Under the pieces are notes generated by a model. That model was not told the DNA's origin and did no database searches. It saw only the letters and a list, made by a program, of their open reading frames with translations. The position numbers and the translations under genes are program-made. From assembly GCF_902713615.1 (NCBI RefSeq), contig NC_052156.1, forward strand, positions 3,344,648 through 3,408,647: 64,000 nt of DNA, given 5' to 3'. The DNA is from Scyliorhinus canicula (Eukaryota). Within the stretch, counting starts at the first letter, position 1. Each line of letters opens with the position of its first letter. Of the stretch, positions 24,582 through 37,179 are shown in pieces.

Positions 24582-24784
24582 GATAAAATGCTGGACTCTC
24601 TTGATCAGAAGGTGGGAGAGGTTTACAGATCCTGCATCGGAGAGAACGAGGCCAACATGAGCACGCTCCAGATGCTGACCAGTATTGAGAACTACCTGGA
24701 AGATTTGTTTGATAATCTGGAGAAGCTGCCTCGGGAGAAGGTGGAATTGGCACAAAGGAACAAAGAAAAGGAGAGAAGGATGAG
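24582..24784 (+). CDS. CFAP100: CFAP100 exon (DKMLDSLDQKVGEVYRSCIGENEANMSTLQMLTSIE...KEKERRMR)
   Basis: ccccag acceptor, gtagag donor, 203 nt (phase 0->2); family motifs KV-EVYR-CIG, TLQML-IE, KEKERR. Confidence 0.93.
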
Positions 24785-25281
24785 GTAGAGACGGTTCAGC
24801 AGAGATTGGACCTGATGTTGTACAAACTATTTGGCAAAACACCCATTTTTAAGCAGGAAGCGTAGAATGTTTTGTGGCAACATAAGCTGTGAGAAGGAGG
24901 CATAGAGGTGGTGGGGGTGATTCAGCAGGCTGAAGTTAAAGTCTGTTGTCGGACGGGTTTAGTGGGGTGTTCCCCGGTGGCTGCAGAGCTGGGAAATATC
25001 CTGCTTTCTGACCCCACTTTGCCGTTATGTTTGGCCTTGGGGAACTTTTCCCCACCGAGGCCCCACTTCGAGGGCTCAGCTCAGCAGCAGGAAAGGCTCC
25101 TCGCAAATCAGGGCGCCATTTTGCCCAGCAGCTCCGAACGTGCCCCTGCCCCCACCTCCCGTTTCAGGCCCACCCCCCTCACTTTTTGACCCCCCCCCCT
25201 CACATCCCCCCAACCTTGGGGAGGGCCCCAAGTACCCTCCCTCACTGCCTCTCCACTTGGCAAGCTCCCTCTGGCCCGGCC

Positions 25282-26007
25282 TCTGGCAGTGTCAGTCTGG
25301 GAACCCTGGCAGTGTCAGTCTGGGCACCCTGGCAGTGCCAGTCTGGGCACTCTGGCAGTGTCAGTCTGGGCACCCTGGCAGTGTCAGTCTGGGCACCCTG
25401 GCAGTGCCAGTCTGGGCACCCTGGCAGTGTCAGGCTGGGCACCCTGGCAGTGCCAGCCTGGGCACCCTGGCAGTGTCAGTCTGGGCACCCTGGCAGTGTC
25501 AGCCTGGGAACCCTGGCAGTGTCAGGCTGGGCACCCTGGCAGTGTCAGGCTGGGCACCCTGGCAGTGTCAGTCTGGGCACCCTGGCAGTGTCAGGCTGGG
25601 CACCCTGGCAGTGCCAGCCTGGGCACCCTGGCAGTGTCAGTCTGGGCACCCTGGCAGTGTCAGGCTGGGCACCCTGGCAGTGTCAGGCTGGGCACCCTGG
25701 CAGTGTCAGTCTGGGAACCCTGGCAGTGCCAGTCTGGGCACCCTGGCAGTGTCAGTCTGGGCACCCTGGCAGTGCCAGTCTGGGCACCCTGGCAGTGTCA
25801 GGCTGGGCACCCTGGCAGTGCCAGCCTGGGCACCCTGGCAGTGTCAGTCTGGGCACCCTGGCAGTGTCAGGCTGGGCACCCTGGCAGTGTCAGGCTGGGC
25901 ACCCTGGCAGTGTCAGTCTGGGAACCCTGGCAGTGCCAGTCTGGGCACCCTGGCAGTGTCAGTCTGGGCACCCTGGCAGTGTCAGTCTGGGCACCCTGGC
26001 AGTGCCA
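25282..26007 (+). repeat. 23-bp minisatellite (ggcagtgtcagtctgggcaccct)n, ~31 copies, within a probable GC-rich MITE (~25039-26310)
   Basis: Direct tandem (ggcag at 25561 and 25584); host ends in aatcgtgccc, like the Harbinger-type TIRs. Confidence 0.92.
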
Positions 26008-26977
26008 CAGTCAGGGTGCCGGGCTGGAAGGTGCCCAGTTACCGGGGGACTGCCAGAATGCCAACCTGCCCTGACCACCCAGGGGTCTCCAATGCCCTGG
26101 GAGACCCCCCCCACCCCCCAGGTACACCAGTACTAAAGGGCGCCCTGGCGAGGTCACCCAGGGACCCAGGTGATTCCAGTATTCGAGTATTTAAATATTC
26201 ATATCTGGATCTCACCCATCGAGGGCGAGAACCAGATCACACCATACCACGCCATTCACCCGTTGAGTCCGGATCCGGGCCGCACACAATGCTGCTGTTG
26301 AATCGTGCCCAGTGTCTTTCTGGTCCCCTTATCAAAGGGGGGTTGATCCCTTGGCAAAGGTGCAATGTAGGTTCTCCAGCTGATTCCTGGGGTGAAATGG
26401 TTGTCCTCTGAATAACGATTGAGACGAAAGGACTTGCATCTCTGGAGTTTGGAAACATGAGATGTGACCTCATTGAAACATTGAGGGCTGGACAGGTTGC
26501 TACTGAGATGTTTTCCCAGCCGAAGACTCTGGAACTCGGGTCTGAATGATGAGCCACGTGTGTGTGTTGCCTTTTCCTGCTGCAGGAATCACACGAACAG
26601 CTATAGGAGTCACTGAGGACACAAACGTAATTCAGCTGTGGGTTGATGAAGAGGGAAGATGGGGGAGAGGTGTCTCTGTTTGAATGCTCTGCCAATGGCA
26701 ATCCAGAGAACGCCGTGATGATCCTCTGGGTAATTCCTCATCCGTGTTGAATCCATAGAATCCCGACAGTGCAGAAGGAGGCCATACGGCCTATCGAGTC
26801 TGCAATCACCCTCTGAAAGAGCATCTTCCCCAGGCCCATTCACCAGTCCGACCCACGTAACCCCTCCAAACCTGCACATCTTTGGACACTAAGGGGCGAT
26901 TTAGCATGGCCAATCCGCCTAACCAGCATGCCCCTGGACTGGTGTGGGCTCTCAGTTAACAGTACAGGAACATTATA

Positions 26978-27158
26978 GGGGCTGTGTAGCACAGGGCTAA
27001 ATCGCTGGCTTTGAAAGCAGACCAAGCAGGCCAGCAGCACGGTTCGATTCTCGTAACAGCCTCCCCGAACAGGCGCCGGAATGTGGCGACTAGGGGCTTT
27101 TCCCAGTAACTTCATATGAAGCCTACTCGTGACAATAAGCGATTTTCATTTTCATTTT
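26978..27158 (+). mobile_element. Short tRNA-derived SINE, full length
   Basis: ggggctgtgtagcacagggctaaatcgctggc, B-box ggttcgattc, tail gtgacaataagcgattttcatt; further copies at 31678-31847, 32227-32328 and 40549-40642. Confidence 0.8.
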
Positions 27159-27164
27159 ATTGTG

Positions 27165-27525
27165 GTTTTGTTACTGAACTCATAATTCTAATGACCTGGA
27201 AATGGGTCGAGCTCCCGCCACAGCAACTGAGGAATTTCAATTAATTGAATTAAATAAATCTGGAATGAAAATGGTGATGATGGAACCCATCAGGTTCACT
27301 AATATCCTTTAGGGAAGGAAATCTGCTGCAATTACCTGGTCTACAGGTGACTGCAGACACAGAGACGTATGGCTGCCTTTTAACCGCCCTCAGCAGTGGC
27401 CCAGGAAGCCCCGAGGTTGTACTCCAGAAAAATAGCTTCCCAGCACCACCTTCTCAGGGGTAATTAGGGATGGATAATAAATACTGGCTGGGCCTGCGAC
27501 GCCCACATGCCTGAATAAATTAAGA
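27165..27525 (+). mobile_element. Older tRNA-derived SINE with L2/CR1-like tail
   Basis: ggttcactaatatcctttagggaaggaaatctgc...ataaatactggc...gcgacgcccacat; tail equals the 3' end of the LINE at 30060-31525. Confidence 0.6.
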
Positions 27526-27676
27526 AAGCCTTCAGGATATTACAGCATTATCTTTCCGGGATACGACCCAGTAACTCGGCAGTCAGCGAGGATGTGAACC
27601 AGGAACAGTCGTCGTGAGGCAGGGGGGATCTGACTAAGGCTCGGCAATAACCTCTGCATTTGAATCATTCGCATTT

Positions 27677-28320
27677 GAAAGCTAATGGTGTGTTGGCCTT
27701 CATAGCGAGAGGTTTCGAGTATAGAAGCAGGGATGTGTCGCTGCAATTATACAGGGCCTTGGTGAGGCCACACCTGGAGTATTGTGCGCAGTTTTGGTCT
27801 CCTTCTCTGAGGAAGGATGTTCTTGCTCTCGAGGGAGTGCAGCGAAGGTTTACCAAACTGATTCCAGGGATGGCGGGTCTGTCATATAGAGATTGAGTCG
27901 GTTAGGATTGTTCTCGCTGGAGTTCAGAAGAGTGAGGGGGGATCTCATAGAGACGTATAAAATTCTAACGGGACTAGACAGGGTAGATGCAGGGAAGATG
28001 TTACCAATGATGGGTGTGTCCAGAACCAGGGGTCACAGCCTGAGGATTCAGGGTGAACCATGTCGGACAGAGATAAGGAGACATTTCTTCACCCAAAGAG
28101 TGGTGAGCCTGTGGAATTCACTACCACAGGAAGTGGTTGATGCTAAACATTGAATATATTCAAGAGGCGGCTAGATATAGCACTTGGGGAGAATGGGATA
28201 AAGGCTATGGGGAGAAAGCAGGGTTAGGCTATTGAGTTGGATGACCAGCCATGATCGTGATGAATGGCGGAGCAGGCTCGAAGGGCCAAAAGGCCTCTTC
28301 CTGCTCCTATCGTCTATGTA
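27677..28320 (+). mobile_element. CR1 LINE 3' fragment
   Basis: KANGVLAFI, LYRALVRPHLEYCAQFWSP, RGDLIETYK, FFTQRVVSLWNSLP. Confidence 0.9.
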
Positions 28321-28359
28321 TTGTGCATAAATATGACCATGATGCCTCTTGTTCCATAG

Positions 28360-28453
28360 GGTAAGGGAAGAGCGATTGATGGCAGAGAGACTTCACCAGG
28401 AGGAGCGAATGCACCGCGCAGTTCTCAGATCACAGGCTGAGCACCAGAAAAAG
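28360..28453 (+). CDS. CFAP100: CFAP100 exon (VREERLMAERLHQEERMHRAVLRSQAEHQKK)
   Basis: ttccatag acceptor, gtaggc donor, 94 nt (phase 2->0); absent from the ORF track, found by phase and motif. Confidence 0.88.
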
Positions 28454-28717
28454 GTAGGCCCCACAGTCACAGACCCCTCCTCTCCCCCTACCCCTCCACT
28501 CACTGTACTGAGATCATTTTAAAGCACTGCTGCCCATTTAACCTATCACCTGTGAGATGGCCCTACCCACAGCATTGGCACTGGGAGTGGCAGCCGGGTG
28601 TCTGTTCTCAGGCCAAACTAAGAGGTGCCGACACCCCCTCAGGCCACAATTGGCAGTGCGGGGTTCCGGGGGAAGTCGTTTGTGAATTCTGGCACTAATT
28701 CCTGTTCCTCTCCACAG

Positions 28718-28834
28718 ACTGTGAGGAGGCTGGTGTACCGATCAAACCCACCTTTAATGAAGGAGCTGGAGAAGAAGAGCCAAGTGACCACTGACAAGGA
28801 GAAGGAGGAGATTGAGTATTTTTTTAGCAATTAA
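28718..28834 (+). CDS. CFAP100: CFAP100 last coding exon (TVRRLVYRSNPP...KEKEEIEYFFSN*)
   Basis: tccacag acceptor; R-L--RS-PP and terminal EE--YFF motif of CCDC37/38; TAA stop. Confidence 0.92.
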   Translation, partial: TVRRLVYRSNPPLMKELEKKSQVTTDKEKEEIEYFFSN

Positions 28835-29107
28835 ATGTACAATTTATGAAGGAATGAAATGCAGGTGCACAGACATCATGATGTTAAAATGTTCTGCTGC
28901 GGTGAGTGATTTGTACAGTTTGGCCACGGCGGAGGGTTTGCGATGATATTGTCTTTCAGGTGGGGAGCAGTGACTTGTTTCCACACCAGCCCAGCGGGGT
29001 GGGGGAGTCTGTGGCCATGCCCACCCAAAACAATTTGGAGCAGTTTTAGTTGCCTGGTTTATGTTGCAGTGTAAGTTTGTATTCACAGAAATGGTCTGAA
29101 TTATTGA

Positions 29108-29113
29108 AATAAA
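29108..29113 (+). terminator. Candidate polyadenylation signal of CFAP100
   Basis: First AATAAA, ~270 nt after the stop, followed by T-rich sequence. Confidence 0.6.
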
Positions 29114-29539
29114 TGTTAACTATTTGCCTTCCTCTTTTATGAAGTGATACAAGTTTGTGCGGAGGAGTCAGAGAAAATTCATTTCAAACCAGATTACAAC
29201 AATATGACAAGGCCAGATTGTCACCGCGACCATAAGACATAGAAGCAGAAATGGCCACTCGGCCCATCAAGTCTGCTCCACCATTCAATCATGGCTGATG
29301 TTGGTATCTTGGAGTTGCCGTTCATTTAATCGGCATTAACTCCTGACATCTCTCTGTTGGTGACAGGTTTGGATCAGCATCGATTTCACCACAGCACATT
29401 GTCCAGGAACAAGTTATCCCGGCTCCTCGTGTGTGATGGGTCACTGATGTCAATGAGATTTCATACTGTTAAATAGAACAAATGGATAATAAACACAAAT
29501 GAAAGATACGTAAGGCACTGTAACAAAAAATCTACACTT

Positions 29540-29777
29540 CAAAGGGACTTTAACCCAAAGTTGTTTCCAGAGTTCTGATGCACACACTGGTAGCAGAAGG
29601 CCTGGAGCCCACCTGTGGACAGTATGTTCCTGCCTCTCAAGGACCACCTGGCCATGAATATAGCCACAGTGAAGAGGCAGACAGGTTGGCTGACATGACT
29701 GCTTGTGTTGTGTTCGCCTCCCGGTCGCAGAAGGCCTGACGTGTGCCGGTGGACACGGCGTGCTCCTGTGCTTCCCC

Positions 29778-29822
<45 letters not shown>

Positions 29823-30030
29823 GGCCACCTGGCCATTATCACAGCCACGGTAGAGGGGCAGCTACTCGGGTCGGACATCCCCCTTGACCGCTCACTGCCT
29901 GGAGCCGTTGAAGGCCACACTGGCCAAGCCCAGGTTTACGAGGAGACCCTCCTCCTTCCACCCAGGGTGTGAGATTTTGTACGAGTGCAGCCTTCTTAAA
30001 ATTAGTTAAGCTGTGGGCAAGGAATTTCTA
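29540..30030 (-). mobile_element. Degenerate Tx1-like LINE 3' fragments with an internal poly-C run
   Basis: Minus strand gives LGLASVAFNGSRQ, LPLYRG, EHAVSTGT and a second CLPLHCGYIHGQVVLERQEH...RWAP copy, resembling Tx1 ORF2 C-termini. Confidence 0.5.
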
Positions 30031-30059
30031 CACAGCCCAGACAGCTTTTGAGACATGAT

Positions 30060-31525
30060 TTTTGTTAAATTCATTTACGGGATGTGGGCGTCGCTGGTTA
30101 GGCCAGCATTTATTGCCCATCCCTGTTGATCTTCAGGAGGGCATGGTGAGCTGCCTTCTTGAATCGCTGCAGGCCCTGAGGTGCAGGTACACCCACTGTG
30201 CTGTTAGGGAGAGAGTTCCAGGATTTTAACCCAGCGACAGTGAATGAACGGCCGGTATATTTCCAAGTCAGGGTGGTGAGTGACTTGGAGGGGAACCTGC
30301 AGGTGGTGGGGTTCCCAGATATGTGCTTGTCCTTCTAAATGGTGATGGTCGTGGGTTTGGAAGGTGCTGCCGAAGGAAGCTTGGTGAGATACTGCAGTAC
30401 ATCTTGTGGATGGTACTGACGGCTGCTGCTGTTCGTCGGTGGTGGAGGGTCTGAATGTTTGTGGAAGGGGGAGCAATCAAGCGGGGCTGCTTTGTCCTGG
30501 ATGGTGTCGAGCGTCTTGAGTGTTGTTGGAGTTGCACTCATCCAGGCAAGTGGAGAGTATTCCATGACACTCCTGACTGGTGCCTTGTAGATGGTGGACA
30601 GGCTTTGGGGGGGGATTCAGGATGTGAGTTACTCACCGTAGGATTCCCAGCCTTTGACCTGCCCTGGTAGCCACAGTATTAATGTGGCTGGGTCCAGTTC
30701 AGTTTCTGATCAATGGTAACCCCCAGGATATTGATTGTGAGGGATTCAGCGATGGTAATGCCATTGAATGTCAAAGGGCTTGGTTATATCCTCTGTTGTA
30801 GAGATGGCCATTGCCTGGCACTTGTGTGGCACAAATGTAACTTGCCACTTGTCAGCCCCAAGCCTGGATATTGTCCAGGTCTCGCTGCATTTGGACATGG
30901 ATGGCTTCATTATCTGAGGAGTCACAAATGGTGCTGAACATTGTGCAGTCATCCGCACTTCTGATGGAAGGGAGGTCATTGATGAAGCAGCTGAAGATGG
31001 TTGGGCTGAGGACACTACCCTGGGGAACTCCTGCAGTGATGTCCTGGAGCTGAGATGATTGACCTCCAACCACCACAACCATCTTCCTTTGTGCCGGGTA
31101 TGACTCCAACCAGCGGAGAGTTTTCCCTGATTCCCATAGACTCCAGTTTAGCTCAGGCTCCTTGATGCCACACTCGGTCAAATGCTGCCTTGATGTCAAG
31201 TGCAGGCAATGTCATCTCACCTCTGGCATTCAGTTCTTTTGTCCATTTTGAACCAAGGCTGTAATGAGGTCAGGAGCTGAGTGACCCTGGTGGAACCCAA
31301 ACTGAGTGTCCGTGAGCAGGTTATTGCTGAATAAGTGCCGCTTGATAGCCCTGTTGATGACTCCTTCCATCAAGAGTAGACTGATAGAGCGGTAATTGGC
31401 TGGGTTGGATTTGTCCTGTTTGTGTACAGGACACACCTGGGCAATTTTCCACATTGCCGGGTAGATGTCAGTGTTGTAGCTGTACTGGAACAGCTTGGCT
31501 AGGGGAGCGGCAAGTTCTGGAGCAC
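30060..31525 (-). mobile_element. L2/CR1-like LINE, RT region to 3' end
   Basis: [53 protein letters not shown]. Confidence 0.85.
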
Positions 31526-33586
31526 AATGGGACTCTTAATCCGAGGGCCGATGTTTTGAGTCTCTCAATGGGTAATGATTTTGTATTCATCAAAATAATT
31601 CTGATCTAACGTGAATGTCCTTCACCTAAATCTTACAATCAATTCTCCAAGTTGAAGGCTGGGAATCCCCTGTACTCGGGGCTGGTTTAACACAGTGGGC
31701 TAAATAGCTGGCTTGTAATGCAGAACGCCAGCAGCATGGGTTAAATTCCCGTACCAGCCTCCCTGAACAGGCGGCGGAATGTGGCGACTAGGGACTTTTC
31801 ACAGTAACTTCATTGAAGCCTACTTGTGACAATAAGCGATTATTATTACTGACATTTCCCGATTATATAATCATTATTTACTGAATCCTCCTCAGCATGT
31901 TTTGCAGAGGACACAGTTGATAACGTGGATACAAGAACTGGCAACTTGTTCGGGACTGTACAGATGGTACATACAGCTGGCACACCAACACGTGCACAAA
32001 TGCAGGATACGAGTGCAGCACAAGCCTTTAGTAAATGTGCTTCAAAAAAAGCATAACTCTAAAAACTCACATTGAGCCACAAGAGGGCAGATTGGGAAAG
32101 GTGACTAAAAGCTTGGTCAGAGGCAGCCTTTAAGGAGCCTTAAAAGTGGGGTAGGGTTAGGGGTGGGGAGATAGCCTTTCATAACTTATAGTAACGTTTC
32201 TATTTATATTAACTTTTTACACTCCTTCCCGTACCAGCCTCCCCGGACAGGCGCCGGAATGTGGCGACTAGGGGATTTTCACAGTAACTTCATTGAAGCC
32301 TACTCGTGACAATAAGCGATTTTCATTTCCTACCTGACAAGAGTTGATATTTACCGGAGAGTTCCACAGTGCTGTGAAAAGGCAGCTGTCAAGGTGATGC
32401 TAACACAGCATCGCTGTTCCAGATGCATCAGCTCACTGGCTGTGCTATCAAGCTTTCAGTGGACTGAATATTAAATACCTTCTCTAATGATGTTTAACTG
32501 ACCCACGTCCAGCTTTTATTCCCTTAATTGATCCCAGTTCCTCTCCATCACCAAGATGATGGCGTGCCTTCTCGAATCCTTGGTGCTGGTTTTGATACAC
32601 AGAATTTATTGCTAGGCCCAAGTTAGTGGGATCATAACTGCATTTACCTGCCATCGTTCCAAATCCTGTTCCTCACAAAATAAAATCTATTGACAAGTTT
32701 AACATTATTAATTGAGCTCCAGTGTGTCCCGTTTTTAGTGGGCGTGTTCCACATTTTTACCATTCTTGTGTGCGTTTCCTAATATCTCAATAAATGGCCT
32801 GGCTGGGATTGTAAGGTTCTCTCATCATCCCTTTGTCTTGACGGCCCCCCCCCCCCCCCCCCCCCCCTCCATCAGCAGAAAAGGTTTTAATCAATTCCTT
32901 TCAAAGTCCCCACTTGCCAACTCATGTTATATTATTGGTTTCCCTGGAATGTCGGATATATTTTGATTGTTGTTCAGCAGATCTTCCTCACAAAGTTATC
33001 CGACAGGCCGGCCAATCCATTATTTCCATTGGCAGCGTTACCGGCGTCTGTTTTCAAAGGGCCCACATTATCCTTTCTCTTTGAATGAAACAGAAAAAGA
33101 AGTGTTCATCTTGATAATCTATCCAAGTTTCTTTTTGAAATAGCCACTTGCTGGTCACTGACTCTCCAGTTCACTGAAACTACACTTTGCTGGAGTGACG
33201 TTATCTCACCCTGGTGGTGATAACGCGAGCTCTTGCCCCTTAGGGCTTATATATTGGTCTCGTACTAAACCAGAGCTTTCAAATACCCCCTGTTCATCTA
33301 TAGTTTTACCTAATCACAGTTTGCACCTGTCAGCTGTATGCCTGTTTCTCTCCTGTTAAAGTTAGCATGATCAAAATAGAGGATCTTAGCAACCCTGCTA
33401 AGTTTCTACTTTATAAACAATCATTGAATTCAATCATATTTTGATCAGCCTTTCCCGTACTGTTAAGATAAATGAGCAAATCGGATTCACGACAATATTA
33501 GTGAACTAGTTGGGGTTTTTACAATTTGCCAGTTTCACAATACAAGCTTATTTCCAGATTTTTCATAAAAACAATTTAAATTCTTC

Positions 33587-34520
33587 AAGGTGTAACTAGT
33601 GGGGTGCCACAGCGTTCGGTCCTGGGGCCCCAGCTATTTACAATCTATATTAGCGACTTGGATACAGCGAAAGAAGGTTCTATAGCCAAATTTGCAGATG
33701 ACACTAAAATAGGCAGGACAGTAAGTTGCAATGAGGAAATAACTACAAATAGATAGATAGGAGAGTGGGCCAAAATGTGGCAGATGGAGTTTAACGTGGG
33801 CAAGTAAGTGTGAGGTCATGCATTTTGGTCGGAAAAATGGGAAGATAACTAATTATCTAAATGGGGAGAGACTATGGGGTGCTGCAATGGAGAGGGATCT
33901 GAGGGTCTTTGTTCATGAGTCGCAGAAAACTAACATGCAGGTACAGCAGGTAATAAAGAAAGTGAATGGAATGTTGGCATTTATAGCTAAAGGAATTGAG
34001 TATAAAGGTAAGGAAGTGTTGCTGCAACTACACAAGGCATTGGTGAGACCACATTTGGAGTATTGAGCACAGTTTTGATCCCCTTATTTGAGAAAAGATG
34101 TAGTGGCATCGGAGGCAGTTCAGAGGTTCACTAGATTGATTCCAGAGATTGAGAGTTGAGAAGAATGAGAGGAGATCAAATTGAGGTATACAAGATGCGA
34201 AAAGGTTTGGATAAAGTAGATGTGAAGCGGATGCTTCCACTTGTGGGGCATTCTAATACGAGGGCATAGTCTAAGGATAAGAGGTAGCAAGTTTGAGGAG
34301 AAATTACTTCTCCCAAAGGCTTGTGAATCTGTGGAATTCGCTCCCCCAGAGTGCGGGGGATGCTGGGACAGTGAGTACATTTGAAGAGTTAGACAGATTT
34401 TCAATTAGTAATGGGTTGAAGGGTTATAGAGAACGGATAGGACGGTGGAGTTAAGGTCAGGATGAGATCATCCATGATCGAATAGCAGAGCAGACTTGTT
34501 GGCCAAATGGCCTAATTCTG
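33587..34520 (+). mobile_element. CR1 LINE RT/3' fragment
   Basis: Encodes GVPQRSVLGP, KFADDTK, MHFGRKN, LVRPHLEY. Confidence 0.9.
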
Positions 34521-34748
34521 CTGCTATATCATAATAACTTAAACAGTATTCCGTCAGACCATTCCCATTATACTAAATGCGTAGTTTGCTGTAACAACAT
34601 AAACTAATCAAAGGCCAGTTCAGGCGGAAGTGGCAGCCACCAGTATGACTGTGCACAAAAACTTATTTTGCAATGAACGCTTGGTACTACGATAAAGGTT
34701 TAACGTCCAGGAAAAGATCAATAACTGGAGACAAGTGCCAAAATTCCA

Positions 34749-34754
34749 TTTATT
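34749..34754 (-). terminator. Candidate ZXDC polyadenylation signal
   Basis: AATAAA on the minus strand at the end of a ~1.45-kb stretch with no recognisable transposons after the stop; an alternative lies at 35704-35709. Confidence 0.4.
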
Positions 34755-36202
34755 TTTGTTAATATAAATCTGCTGCCTTGCCTGAGTTTGGGCCACAACA
34801 CAGACAAACAAATTATAGGAAGTTTGAAGTTTCAAAATCTTAAGCATTAACCAGGCCATTAAGTAGTTTTAACACTTGCAGTGTGTCTGTGTCAGAATCG
34901 CAAAAGTCGGAACGGGATGGATCGAGGCGAGAGAGAGGGGGGGGGGGGAATTTTTCCCCTGCCTGTCCCAATAGTTCAATTGTGAAAATTAAAAGTTGTC
35001 AGGAGTCCATTTCTCTCCTCACTGAGATTTGATGCTCAGTAAATGCACAACACGTCCCCCCCAGCCCGACCGTACATCTCACTGCTCTTTCATGGTGCGT
35101 CATGTATCCACAGGCACAGAAATGAGTGCAAATTCAATCATTCCTGCTCACTCAAAATCTCCTTTCACGCAAATATTCTTTAGAAATGTACAAAAGAATA
35201 AATAAATATACATACTGTACAATATAAAAACATTTAAAATATACATATTTAAACCAGTTAAGGGGGCCGGGTTTGTGGTGACGAGCTGACACAGCAGAAG
35301 GTTCACATTCCCTGACAAAACATCCAGAGAGCAGAGAATGACGAGACAAACTTTACACACGTTCGTCAGACTCATTCACTCATAGTAACATGTAATCCAA
35401 GCGTCCCGGCTACGGTGTGGTCATTCTTACACAAGCCCCACAACATCAGGCCAGATGAGGTGCATTAATGACTGCCAAGGGTCCCAGAGACAGGCAGTTT
35501 ACACACTGATGTCGATGATAATCCATTCTTAGAGAACAGCACTGGATTCCTTGGAATCGGACCTGGGAGGAGGCTTAATAGATTTTCGTTTCAAAATCTC
35601 AACAGTGAGAAGTCTCTGTCTCCCGTGCACACTGCGGTACAGTAAAACCATTTAGAGATTTGACAGCTCAGATCAGAACAGCAGGAATCAGACACACTCC
35701 AGTTTTATTGAGCTGCTATAAGCCATCCCCAGTTGATCCCAGGCCATCTCTTTAAGGCAGATGTAGAAAGGAATGGAAAAGTCCACTGCACACCTCTCAG
35801 AGACCAGTTAAGCTTTGTTGCCTTGACAGCTACATGCGTTACCCTCATGTTAACTTCAGAATTACTGCCTTTTCCCAGAAGTTGCAATTCTAAAAGTGGA
35901 GGCGAAACCTTCAGCTTGAGGTGCCAGGTTTTTCTCATTCCTCCAGCAGCAGACATCCCCTAAGCTGCAGATTCCAGGAGGCCAAAATTTAAAGCTCAGG
36001 TTTCCGTTCACCCTCAAACTCTGGGCAGCTTGCGTTCTTCAGGAAATTACACTTTCAGAAGTACAGTGAAACCTCTGTGATTTCCAGCATTAGGCCAGTC
36101 AACAGTTCCAGAAGCAGCAATCTGAATCTCCCAGCTCCTGGATTGTGCCTGGCTCTGTAGAAAGTGCAAATTTCATCAGCTGGACCCGAATCGTACTGTC
36201 AG

Positions 36203-36286
36203 TTACTCCAAGTCCTGGAGATTTATCGTGCTTCCAGTAAACTGGGAGTTGCCAGTGCTGTCATCCTCCACTGATGGGTGAGGCTC
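36203..36286 (-). CDS. ZXDC: ZXDC exon 10 (EPHPSVEDDSTGNSQFTGSTINLQDLE*)
   Basis: ccttccag acceptor; QF-GSTINLQDL C-terminus of ZXDC; TAA stop. Confidence 0.92.
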   Translation of the reverse strand, partial: EPHPSVEDDSTGNSQFTGSTINLQDLE

Positions 36287-37179
36287 CTGGAAGGATGAAA
36301 TGAAACATCAGTTAGTAACACTAATCCTACACCTAAAGCAAGACGCACATTTATACAGCACCCAAAACTTAAGAGGCTGGGCTTCTTTTGCCGGAAGGAC
36401 CCTTTTGAGTTACGGGAGAAGGTGGGAGAATGGCACTGGGCGCATTGCCCACTTGGAGAGATGGCATAGACAGGATGGGCCGAATGGCCTCCTTCTGTGC
36501 TGTATGATTGTGAAGGGAAGGCGGAGGAATATCCTAACCAGAGTCTTTTAAATTGTGAACGGGTTCGATAAAGGAAATGTCTCTACTTCCAGTGAGTCAA
36601 AAATTTGGGGGCCATAAATATAAGATGGTCATTAATAAATTCATAGGAATTCAGCAGAAAGTCTTTACGCAGAGTGTGGAAGTCACCACCAGGCAGAGTG
36701 ATTGCGGTGAATGGCAGATACAATTAAGAGGGAAGCTAGGTTAGCACACGATGCGGACAGGAATCCAATAGACGGATAATGTGTGATAAAGTAGGGTGGG
36801 AGGAGTCTTATGGAACAGAAACACCAGCTCAGACAAACTGGGATGAATGCCATTTCTGTGATGTAGATTGTAAAATTCCACCATCAAAATATCTTAAAAT
36901 GTTTCCCCCCAAGAAAACAATAGTGAAATGACTAGTTAGCCGGCTTTTTGACATGGCCAAACACTGGCCATAGGATAGCAAGAACATTTGCTCTTTAAAT
37001 CATGGTCTGAGGCTCTGACGGTCACATCAGCAGCCAATGTCTTCAAAGCACCATCCAAAGGATAGCGATTCCATCAGTGATAGGCCAGATTAACAACTAA
37101 ACCACCTTCTAGTGGAGTCAAGTCCAAAAATCCTTCCGATGAAAGGGCATACAGATCCCCACTAAATCCCACTGGATCC

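Noticed and set aside
25027-26411. 261-423 aa Trp/Gln/Cys-rich ORFs
   Set aside because: All three frames of a 23-bp minisatellite.
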